Shown here: positions 47,735 to 55,899 of the stretch, piece by piece
How the letters are laid out: the number at the start of each line of letters is the position of its first letter
How positions within the stretch are numbered: the stretch's first letter is position 1
IMG/VR virus record: IMGVR_UViG_3300046318_000171
Location: 1 to 64,000 of that record
Source: a virus
DNA length: 64,000 bases
Direction: 5' to 3' (one strand)
The notes under the pieces: model-generated
The model's database searches: none
The model's input: the letters and a program-made list of their open reading frames with translations, nothing else
What the model was told of the DNA's origin: nothing
Position numbers and translations under genes: made by a program

Positions 47735-48160
47735 TTAGAGGTAAGAAGCCTCGTTGCCGCTTTCGAAGTTAGGAACAGCACGGCCTGCAACTGAAGGGAT
47801 AATGCGAGCATTAGCCATAGTTGGGCCAGCAGCTGGGTCTAGCTGAACGAAAGTGGTCTTAGGCTGAACCATGTAAGTTGCGCCAAGCACTTCGATGTTC
47901 TGGCGGTTCTGCTTGCTACCAGGGTTGGTAGGGTCTGCTGCCTGAACGTTCTTCTTAGGAACTAGAGTTCCCTGTAGTGCTGGGGCTGGAGCTGCTGCAC
48001 CAATTGGTACACGAACGCTACCTGCTGCCGCTGCGTCTGAGTGAGCCTCGTCTGAGGTCTTGTGCATACGAGCCATTGATTTACCTGCCGCTTCTAGTGG
48101 GTTTGAGGGAATGCCTGAACGACGGCGCATGCCGTGTCCAACACTGTACTGAGTTGCCAT
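47735..48160 (-). CDS. Hypothetical protein
   Basis: 141 aa, AAGGAG RBS. Confidence 0.6.
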   Translation of the reverse strand: MATQYSVGHGMRRRSGIPSNPLEAAGKSMARMHKTSDEAHSDAAAAGSVRVPIGAAAPAPALQGTLVPKKNVQAADPTNPGSKQNRQNIEVLGATYMVQPKTTFVQLDPAAGPTMANARIIPSVAGRAVPNFESGNEASYL

Positions 48161-48196
48161 GAGGGCTCCTTTGTTCTCTATAAGGATAGAGCTTTT

Positions 48197-48493
48197 TTAG
48201 CTTACAGAAATGACAAACACAATTGCGCTGATGTCTCCATCACGGCTTTCAATTGTGGTGAAACCAGGCTTCATGGTTAGGTCTAGACCACGAGGGGCTA
48301 CATAGCCTCGTGCGATGGCGGCGGCCTTCACTGCTTGGTTTACTGCACCTGCACCTACGGCACGAAGCTTAACTTCACGCTTGTCGTAGATTGCGTGTGC
48401 AATTGCTGATGCTACTGATTGTGGATTTGAGCCTGCCGATACACGGAGAAAGTCTTCCTCGGTGTTAGGTAGGATGGTCGGTTCTTCGGTCAC
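48197..48493 (-). CDS. spoVS: SpoVS-family protein (Alba-like fold)
   Basis: 'LRVSAGSNPQSVASAIA...RAVGAGAVNQAVKAAAIARGYVAPRGLDL..KPGF' closely matches SpoVS. Confidence 0.88.
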   Translation of the reverse strand: MTEEPTILPNTEEDFLRVSAGSNPQSVASAIAHAIYDKREVKLRAVGAGAVNQAVKAAAIARGYVAPRGLDLTMKPGFTTIESRDGDISAIVFVISVS

Positions 48494-48555
48494 GATTGGT
48501 GTTCCTTTAGTTGTCGAATTCGTGTGCCATCCTCAACAACAAGAATAGGGGAAAT

Positions 48556-49143
48556 TTAAGCTATTTGGTCCCTATACTTAGGGTCTTTTATTTGCTCTAC
48601 AATCGCTTCTTCTATGGCTCCCAGGGAGTTACCGGATGCCAATCTGGCTAGGGCGTAGGAGTCTGCGGCGTTGTCGTCGTTGAACTCGATGCCCCAACGC
48701 TTGTAAATCTGCATCAACATTTCCTGCTTCTTAGCCGTACCCTTGCCTGCAGCGTACTTCTTCAGGGTCATCGGGGGGATTTGGAGCGGAGTCCTGAGAT
48801 GGTCTTGGTGGTCATAATCTCTAAAGTACAGCCACAAGGTCAGCTTGACGGTGGCGGCTAGTTCCCCTAGGACTAGGGCAGACTGGCTGGCTAGTACCGT
48901 ACCCTCCATGGCTACGTCTTGGATGTAGTCGTCTTCTACGGTACGCAACTTAGAGGTGAGCCATTTGCTGATGTCGTCCAGTCTTTGGACGCCTCGGTAG
49001 TCAGACTTGTACACCCAGGTGTTGAATTGGTCTGGAGCATCCACGTTTAGGATGGTTAGAGCAAAACCAGTGAGCGACTGGTCTATACCTATCGCCACTG
49101 GTCCAGGTCTGAGGTTACCCCCGAATACCTTTTCTTTACTCAT
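48556..49143 (-). CDS. ruvC: RuvC-like Holliday junction resolvase
   Basis: 'IGIDQSLTGFA', 'VAMEG', 'P.TLKKYAAGKG.A.K', 'DNAADS'. Confidence 0.82.
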   Translation of the reverse strand: MSKEKVFGGNLRPGPVAIGIDQSLTGFALTILNVDAPDQFNTWVYKSDYRGVQRLDDISKWLTSKLRTVEDDYIQDVAMEGTVLASQSALVLGELAATVKLTLWLYFRDYDHQDHLRTPLQIPPMTLKKYAAGKGTAKKQEMLMQIYKRWGIEFNDDNAADSYALARLASGNSLGAIEEAIVEQIKDPKYRDQIA

Positions 49144-49271
49144 AGTAGGTGTCTTCGTCTTCTTCTACCCAAGCAAAATACTTGTATGAGGCACACTCGT
49201 CGCAGTAATCTGCCCCGTTGTCGTGACCTTCAGTTCGGTAGCAACCTGTGCACATGTACTTTTCAGACATT

Positions 49272-49589
49272 TTATTTCCACTCTTTAGGGGTGTCGTTGC
49301 AGGTATAGCAACGGTATAGAGAGGTCAGACCTACTTTCATGTAGGTTTCTTGACCACAGTTTGGGCACTCTTCAATATACTTGGAAAGGTAGTCCTGGTA
49401 GTGCGTGTATGTTGCTGCGGCCTGTTTCAATAGTTCTTTACGCTGAGCGTAGTACTTCTTCCAGTTAGGAATCGGTATACGAATGTTAATGCTATTTGGC
49501 CACTTACGGCTATCTTTTCCGTTATATGTTTGGAAAAGGTGAACCCACGATAGAAGGTAGTAACGCACTGCGTTTAGCCATATCTTCAC
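49272..49589 (-). CDS. Hypothetical protein with C-terminal zinc ribbon
   Basis: 'CPNC...CYTC'. Confidence 0.5.
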   Translation of the reverse strand: MKIWLNAVRYYLLSWVHLFQTYNGKDSRKWPNSINIRIPIPNWKKYYAQRKELLKQAAATYTHYQDYLSKYIEECPNCGQETYMKVGLTSLYRCYTCNDTPKEWK

Positions 49590-50396
49590 TTGTTTTCTCC
49601 CTTGATAGCAGCGATAGCCATAGTAAGCAAACGGCGTGTTTCTGCGTTCTCGGCTGTATCGAATAGCGGTTCAAGCAGTTCGATAATGCGTTCACGCTCA
49701 ATTTGAAACAAAACCTCAGCCTCTTGATTGAAGTTGCAGTTACCCTCGCCAATTATGTTCAGCCGAAAACCTTTTAGGCTGTCATACCACAAATAGAAAC
49801 TGTCATCATCCCGAGGCATGATGCGGTTGTATTTCATCAAGTCGCTCACTTGTTTTCTCCCTTGATAGCAGCAATCAGTTTCTCTACGTAGTAATGCTCA
49901 CGAGTGCAGAGTTCGCTATGAGTCATACTCCTGTGCTCTAGGTCTTTGGCTAATTTGATAATTTCCATCTCACGCTCAGTCCTGCCAAACTCGTAAGCGA
50001 ACTCAGGGTCTAGCATGTTATCGTCTAGGTCATCGTAAAAAGTTCTCACTTGTTCTCTCCCTTGTCCATAAAGTTAGTCTGTCCATCAATCGTGGACACG
50101 CTAGGTTCTTGGACACTCTTTCCCTTGATAAGAGCGATGTGAGAGTTTAGCGTTACAATCATTTCTTCCCAATGGATAGCAGTTGGCACAGCACCCCTGC
50201 TTTCAGCAGAACCCATTAGTTCTTTATAAACTAACTTTCGGTCTTCTAGCAGTTTGATAATGCGTTCACGTTCTAGTGACTCTCCCAAGCAGACAGGGCA
50301 TACGTCCTCGTCAACACTAGTAAAGTCCCAACCATGTACGTCACATACATAGTAGGTAGAGAACTCAGACACTACCTCACGCTTACGGTCACTCAA
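49586..50396 (-). repeat. Three tandem paralogous small genes (49586-49849, 49846-50049, 50046-50396), all ending in KGENK
   Basis: Shared ERE(R/M)xII helix and near-identical 3' DNA AAGGGAGA(A/G)AACAAGTGA that doubles as RBS + GTG start of the next gene. Confidence 0.7.
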
Positions 50397-50537
50397 TTAA
50401 AACTACTCCCTTTGTGTTTTGGCATGTTATCAGTCTTACACTTAGGGCAAGTTAATAGAACTGCCCCAGTAATGGGACAAGTGCCCCCTACGACAGGCTT
50501 ATGCCCACGTAGGAAGCACCATGCTCCTTTTAGCCAG

Positions 50538-50915
50538 TTACTCACTAGGCCATTCACCGTCAAGAACCATCATAGCGATGATTGCGTAGTTAGCTAGGTC
50601 CAAGAATGAGTCCTTGAGACTTTCGTTCTCTGGTTTTGCACCTGAGTCTACTAGATTATTGATGCGGGCCATCTTGTCCCACATGCGCACACGCAACCCG
50701 TTGATAGGTCCGCCTGGGGCTAAGGCAATGTTCTTAGGTCCGTAATCCTTGTGCTTCTGTAGCAACACGGCCTTAGCGTGCTGAAACTTCTGCTGCACAG
50801 CCTCATTAAAAGCAGAATCGCTACCCTGTCTAATTAGCCCCAAAATCTCTTCGGGAAGGATGCTGATGTCCCCAATTAAACCCATCTCGCTGTCTCCAAC
50901 TATGTGCTTTGCCAT
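50538..50915 (-). CDS. DUF1599 / nucleotide-modification-associated (MazG-like helical) protein
   Basis: 'KHKDYG.KN', 'VRMWDK.AR', 'ESL.DS..DLANY'. Confidence 0.75.
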   Translation of the reverse strand: MAKHIVGDSEMGLIGDISILPEEILGLIRQGSDSAFNEAVQQKFQHAKAVLLQKHKDYGPKNIALAPGGPINGLRVRMWDKMARINNLVDSGAKPENESLKDSFLDLANYAIIAMMVLDGEWPSE

Positions 50916-51092
50916 GTTATACCTCACTCTTGATACGGATGATGTCGACAATTTCGGCACCAAGGTCGCTAGACCATTTGTAAAACAATTCTGGCAGTCT
51001 GCGCTCTAGAACATCAGCGATTAGCTCCGCTGCCTTCTTTTCGCCTTCGGCCATTCCCTCTTCAAATCCTAGGGCGTAATCAAACTTACTCA

Positions 51093-51551
51093 CTAAATGT
51101 ATTCCTTCCGCAATGCTTTCGAGTCATTTGAGCGGCGGGTAATCTCACGGCTAACGAGAGACAAATCACGCTCATGGTTAGTCAGTAGCATCTCTACCAA
51201 CTTACGATAAGCGTACTTTTCCTCGTAGTCCCTGTCAAGGTCCACGATGTCCTGGCTAACAGCAATCTCTGCCTTGACCGTGGTGACACGTTCGCCCTTT
51301 ACTCCGGCACCCATGCGCTTGATAAGCATGGTGTTCTCAGCAAAGTCCTTCTTCTTAAGAAGGGCACGCTCTTCAAGCTGAGCCATGACCAACTGAGAGT
51401 TGATGTAATCAGTCCAAGCAGTCAGACGAGTAAACAACTCGCCCAACTCCTCAGACGGAATAGCAGTAATGTCTGCTGGGAGGGTAACCTGTTCGTCGCT
51501 TGGTTTGACGAAGTGGATACCCCAACCAGCAAATTTTTCTAGTGCAGACAT
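51093..51551 (-). CDS. Coiled-coil protein (possible recombination mediator)
   Basis: 152 aa, C-terminal 'VSREITRR'; lies in the recombination cluster. Confidence 0.5.
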   Translation of the reverse strand: MSALEKFAGWGIHFVKPSDEQVTLPADITAIPSEELGELFTRLTAWTDYINSQLVMAQLEERALLKKKDFAENTMLIKRMGAGVKGERVTTVKAEIAVSQDIVDLDRDYEEKYAYRKLVEMLLTNHERDLSLVSREITRRSNDSKALRKEYI

Positions 51552-51651
51552 TAGTCCTCCTCAGACTTTTTTACGAACAGCAGAACGGCACCCCAAATAA
51601 GGGCGACCATGTAACCCACTGTTGCTCCCACAATAAACGACCAGAAGTCCA

Positions 51652-52518
51652 TTAGTCCTCCTTGTAAGGGGCACACTGCTTGCAGGTGCCGCCGGGGTTG
51701 TTGTTGCAGTCTGGGGCTACTCCTGCCTCAACTGCGTCTACTACAAACTTAGCCTTATCGAAGATGTGACGAACCAGCTCAAAGTCACGCTTGACTGAGA
51801 ACTCCTTGTATGACTGGTCAGCCTTCAACTCGTAAAGGAACACAATCTCGTTGATAGGTTCGTCGTTGTCGTCACGAACACCCATGCGGCCCATCAGCTC
51901 AAGGTACATCTGACCCTGAAGGATGTGGCTAGGGAATGGACGGCGTACGTTGCCCCACGCCTTCATGAAGTCGCCATCGGCGTCCATCATCAAGTTCGGT
52001 GCCTCTGCACGGATGGTACCTGGACCGATTGACTTAATCTCAATCAGGGTGTCGTTACCCAATCCCTTGACCCAGCCGTCGGTGTGGCCCTTGATGCGAA
52101 GAGCGTCGTCGTGCAGGGTAACCTCACGATACTCAAAGATGTCTTTGCTGCAGTTAGGGCATAGTACCGGTCCTGTGCCAAAGATAGAGAAGTCGCAGCC
52201 CTTGCAAGTAAAGCGACCGTATAGAACGCCCATCTCCTGGAAGTAACGCTGCCACTTGGCGTGAATGGCGTGGCCTGTGTCGAAAATGTTCTGTAGGCGT
52301 AGTGGTGGCTTTTCAGCAATCTTGGTGCGGCCGCTTAGTAGGAAGTACGACCCACGCTTACAGAAGTCCTTCTTAATGATTTCTGATGGGTGCAAAACCA
52401 AAGTGCTACGGTCTCCTACTGGACGTGCCAACAGGTGGCGCTCAATGTCGCCTAGAAGACGAGCAGGCTTTGCCTTAGCGTCTAAGAACTTTCTTAGTTC
52501 AGTCTTTGCTACGGTCAT
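51652..52518 (-). CDS. Cas4-like PD-(D/E)XK exonuclease
   Basis: 'HPSE...C.R', 'G.AIH', 'GHTDG', 'EIKS', 'Q..MY', C-terminal 'CKQCAPY'. Confidence 0.82.
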   Translation of the reverse strand: MTVAKTELRKFLDAKAKPARLLGDIERHLLARPVGDRSTLVLHPSEIIKKDFCKRGSYFLLSGRTKIAEKPPLRLQNIFDTGHAIHAKWQRYFQEMGVLYGRFTCKGCDFSIFGTGPVLCPNCSKDIFEYREVTLHDDALRIKGHTDGWVKGLGNDTLIEIKSIGPGTIRAEAPNLMMDADGDFMKAWGNVRRPFPSHILQGQMYLELMGRMGVRDDNDEPINEIVFLYELKADQSYKEFSVKRDFELVRHIFDKAKFVVDAVEAGVAPDCNNNPGGTCKQCAPYKED

Positions 52519-52889
52519 TTGTTCTCCTTTTTATCTAGCTGAAAGATGTATTCCTTCAGCGTCATAGTATCTTTATAGTTCTTCCGCCACTTTCGCACAA
52601 GGGCGTTACGTTCTCTATGGCTTAGTCCGCCCCAGATGCCGTTACCAATGTCCTGGCTTACGGCGGTCCATAGGCACTCAGCTCTTACCGGACAAACACT
52701 ACTTTTGTTTGGTCCAAAGCAATAGGTCTTTGCTTCATCAGCAATCTTCTTGTAGAGCTCTTTGTCTCTTGGTGGGAAAAAGATGTTTACATCTACTAGA
52801 AAGTTTCCCTCGTCATCAACACTCCAGCAAGCGGCATCTGTGTACCACTCAAGGTCGCCGTCACGAGGAAGCAGGTTCTGAAGACTCAT
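52515..52889 (-). CDS. whiB: WhiB family transcription factor
   Basis: 'AAC...IFFP...C....CPVRAEC...GIWGG...ER'. Confidence 0.88.
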   Translation of the reverse strand: MSLQNLLPRDGDLEWYTDAACWSVDDEGNFLVDVNIFFPPRDKELYKKIADEAKTYCFGPNKSSVCPVRAECLWTAVSQDIGNGIWGGLSHRERNALVRKWRKNYKDTMTLKEYIFQLDKKENK

Positions 52890-53196
52890 TTAGCTTATTC
52901 CACATTTCAAACAGGTCGGTCTCCAGGAGAATCACATAGTCTTCCCCGTCTAGATGGATTCCGAATATTGGCGTACGACCATCCATGATGGCCTCGTTAA
53001 TAATCTTCTTCAGCTCGGCAGACTGAATAGTTTTAGATTTCTTGCCAGTCCACTTATGCTCAACCAAAAGCTCGTTGTTGCGGACGTCTCCTTTACGAGA
53101 CCAGAACGCCCCAGAGGCGGCCGTCGTGCTGCCACCAATGGCTTTAGCAATACGTTTCTCATGCTTCTGGGACTGTTTCTGGCCTTCGGACTTCAT
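52861..53196 (-). CDS. PD-(D/E)XK nuclease / archaeal-type Holliday junction resolvase
   Basis: 'HEKRIA...SGA...KGDV...VEHK'. Confidence 0.7.
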   Translation of the reverse strand: MKSEGQKQSQKHEKRIAKAIGGSTTAASGAFWSRKGDVRNNELLVEHKWTGKKSKTIQSAELKKIINEAIMDGRTPIFGIHLDGEDYVILLETDLFEMWNKLNESSEPASS

Positions 53197-53411
53197 TAGA
53201 TGCTTGCGTCAATCACGTGGTTCAAAGCAATGGTCAAACCGTAACGAACACCGTCGTCAGTTGCGTACGCAATCGACTGCTGGATGCTGCGGATGACGTC
53301 ATTGCGGAGTTCTTCCGCACCCTCGTGACGAAGGTCCTGGTTCTGTGACTCTACATACAAAGCGTAGTCGTTCTCTACCTGGTCCATGTATAGCTCCTTC
53401 ATTCTACTCAT
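53196..53411 (-). CDS. Hypothetical protein
   Basis: 71 aa ORF. Confidence 0.5.
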   Translation of the reverse strand: MSRMKELYMDQVENDYALYVESQNQDLRHEGAEELRNDVIRSIQQSIAYATDDGVRYGLTIALNHVIDASI

Positions 53412-54450
53412 CTGTTCCTCCTACGAAACTATCTGGTGTACTCAAGATTTTATCCTTAAGTTCTTCTAGCAAGTCTACCTCTTCACGGATAGAGTTGACA
53501 AGACCTTCTGAGCCCTGCCACTTGCGTTCTCCGTAATAGTACCAACCACCCTTGCGGTCCACAATACCCTTGATGATGGCAAGTGATGCGGTTTCCTTGG
53601 CGGTGTCGAAGTCACCGGCAGCGTAGATGCTGTGAGGCGAGAAGTAGAAGTCGATGTACGCTACACGCTGCGGTGGGGCGGTCTTGTTCTTGATAGTACG
53701 AATCTTGATGCGCTGGCCTACACGTACCTTGTTGTTACCTGAGCCAGTCTCAATCCACTCGTCACGACGTACCTCTGAACGGGTAAAGAAAGCGTAGTTC
53801 TTGCCTTCTCCACCTGGAGTGGTGCGTGGGTCTCCGTGCATCACACCAATCTTCATGCGGTACTGGTTGATGATTAGACCGAGTATTGGGCGTTCGTCCT
53901 CCACCAATGAACGTTTCATGGCAGCGCCCACTACTCGGAAGAACTTGTTAGTGAGAAGAGCACCACGGCCGACAGTCATTTCGTCCATGTTCTTCTCCAT
54001 CTCAGGAGCAGGGCTTAGGGCAGGAAGAGAGTCAATAACAATAGCGTCGACTGACTTCGATTCAGCAAAAGCAATAACTGCGTCATAAGCTTCCTCCATG
54101 ATGTTGGTTTCTACAACAATAACTCTACTAGTGTCTACGCCACACATGTCTGCGTACTCTGGAACCCACTGCTCTGCAGCAACCCACACAGTGGTGTGCT
54201 CTGGGTTTAGTTTCTGGTTGGCGGCGATGGTTTTGAGAGCAATCGCTGTCTTACCGTGCGACGGCTCCCCGATAAGTTCGTTCCACTGGTTAGCAGGAAA
54301 ACCACCACCCAGGCAGTAGTCAAAAGTAGTAGAGCCAGTAGTAATACGCTTGATAAGGTCTGCACGGATGTTCTCTCCTACAACTACGACGTTTTCTCCA
54401 AACCGCTTATTAATAGCGGCCATAATCTTTTTAGCTTCAGCATTAATCAT
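53404..54450 (-). CDS. recA: RecA-like recombinase
   Basis: 'LGGGFP', Walker A 'GEPSHGKT', 'VIDSL', 'INQ.R.KIGVMHG.P.TTPGG'. Confidence 0.92.
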   Translation of the reverse strand: MINAEAKKIMAAINKRFGENVVVVGENIRADLIKRITTGSTTFDYCLGGGFPANQWNELIGEPSHGKTAIALKTIAANQKLNPEHTTVWVAAEQWVPEYADMCGVDTSRVIVVETNIMEEAYDAVIAFAESKSVDAIVIDSLPALSPAPEMEKNMDEMTVGRGALLTNKFFRVVGAAMKRSLVEDERPILGLIINQYRMKIGVMHGDPRTTPGGEGKNYAFFTRSEVRRDEWIETGSGNNKVRVGQRIKIRTIKNKTAPPQRVAYIDFYFSPHSIYAAGDFDTAKETASLAIIKGIVDRKGGWYYYGERKWQGSEGLVNSIREEVDLLEELKDKILSTPDSFVGGTDE

Positions 54451-54676
54451 CTGTGTTGTCTTCCTTGTTCTGAGTGAGTTTGTCGGCTATTTCAAGCAGC
54501 TCGTCGATACTTACTACGTCTCGGTCATGGAGGATTGCGTTGTGAACAGCATCCCCAAGTACGTGTGAAGCCTCCAGCAAGCCATCCCGCTTACCAAACC
54601 TGTACCCGTCCTGATAGTGGCGAATAACATCCTCCATCCATTGTTCGTCTGTCCAGTTACTACCACTGCTCGTCAA
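54443..54676 (-). CDS. Hypothetical protein
   Basis: 77 aa ORF. Confidence 0.45.
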   Translation of the reverse strand: MTSSGSNWTDEQWMEDVIRHYQDGYRFGKRDGLLEASHVLGDAVHNAILHDRDVVSIDELLEIADKLTQNKEDNTDD

Positions 54677-55106
54677 GAGGCTCTCCTAGGTTTATCAAGG
54701 CACATTCTGATGCCTTTACTTCAATGAACTTTTCGTTGTTAGTGTAAATCGTATTCTTAATGATAGTTGGGGCTGCGGATAATAGCAAGCCCGGCACTAT
54801 CATTGCGTGTGTTCTTTCGTGGTTAAAAGTCACAAAGAAAGTTCTGTGCGGGTCTTTCAGGAACTTACGCTTGCGGTCAGAGTAGTGAAGGGTGTCGTAC
54901 TGAAACTTTGGGCCCTTCCAGTTGTGCTTTACCTCAACTTCAAAGCTGGTGTCATCACCGTAAGGGTCTGTAGATAGCACGTCGATTCCGTACTGGTCTG
55001 GGTTGACCCAGGCCTTCCAACCGTTAGCGTCAAGCAACGCAATCAGTAGGTCTTTGGCGTTATCGTCGTTGCTGTAAAGTTCAGGGCTAAAGGGCTTTCC
55101 GGCCAT
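54660..55106 (-). CDS. PD-(D/E)XK-family nuclease-like protein
   Basis: 'YGIDV...FEVEVK..W'. Confidence 0.6.
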   Translation of the reverse strand: MAGKPFSPELYSNDDNAKDLLIALLDANGWKAWVNPDQYGIDVLSTDPYGDDTSFEVEVKHNWKGPKFQYDTLHYSDRKRKFLKDPHRTFFVTFNHERTHAMIVPGLLLSAAPTIIKNTIYTNNEKFIEVKASECALINLGEPLDEQW

Positions 55107-55492
55107 TAGCCGTCAATCCTTCCAATGATTCCCTGGGGGTTCCAGTTGCTAGTGACGTCATTGCCTGTGGCCTGTTTCGCCGCACCTTCAACGTGTGCGC
55201 CAGCAAGCCCACCAAAGCGGCTACCCGACTGCTCAAGCGGGTACCCGCAGTCGAAACACCGTGGAGCTGCATTCTGAATTGCCATGAAGTTAGCCGACCC
55301 GCAGTCAGGACACGAAGCAGTCTGCGAAGAGGACGGAAGCTGACGGGTTTGCGGCTGATTAGGCTGAAACGTGGGCATCGGCTGCAATGGCTGCTGCGAT
55401 GGAGGCATCGGTATGTTGTTTACTGGACGACCAACTTGCGGCTGGTTGCCCTGCTGAGCTAACTTGTTTGCCCACCAATCTGCGTTGTTCAT
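55106..55492 (-). CDS. Pro/Gln-rich zinc-ribbon protein
   Basis: 'CPDCGS...RCFDCGYP'. Confidence 0.65.
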   Translation of the reverse strand: MNNADWWANKLAQQGNQPQVGRPVNNIPMPPSQQPLQPMPTFQPNQPQTRQLPSSSQTASCPDCGSANFMAIQNAAPRCFDCGYPLEQSGSRFGGLAGAHVEGAAKQATGNDVTSNWNPQGIIGRIDG

Positions 55493-55899
55493 TTCTTGTG
55501 CTCCTTAGGGATTTCTAGTAGACCCATGTCAATCAACTGAGAGATAGAGCCCATTAGCGCAGAGATAGAAATCTGCTCCATCATGTTCTTGCTCTCCAAC
55601 CAGATTTCATCTGGAAGACCTTTTAACTCCTCGGCGGTATTCAGCCTCTGAAACTCAGTAGAGCCTTCAGCAATTAAGTGTGAGTGAGAGTACAACACAG
55701 GGATAAGGTAAGAAATCTTCTCGACTCTTTTGTCGCTTTCCTTCTCTTCTTTGTGCTGCACTTCGTCGCTTAGAACGCTGCAACCAAGTAAGACGCTAAG
55801 TTCGTGAGCGTCGTTTATCTGTGAGTCCAGTATGAACCCACGGATGCGGCTAGACATGTCAGCCAACGTCAGCTTTGGCTTCTTCTTGCGCTTAAACAT
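55489..55899 (-). CDS. Hypothetical protein
   Basis: 136 aa ORF coupled to the polymerase stop. Confidence 0.6.
   Translation of the reverse strand: MFKRKKKPKLTLADMSSRIRGFILDSQINDAHELSVLLGCSVLSDEVQHKEEKESDKRVEKISYLIPVLYSHSHLIAEGSTEFQRLNTAEELKGLPDEIWLESKNMMEQISISALMGSISQLIDMGLLEIPKEHKK

Noticed and set aside
51652-52518. Cas4-like gene suggesting a CRISPR system
   Set aside because: No repeat-spacer array or other cas genes seen; stand-alone Cas4-like exonucleases are common in phage recombination modules
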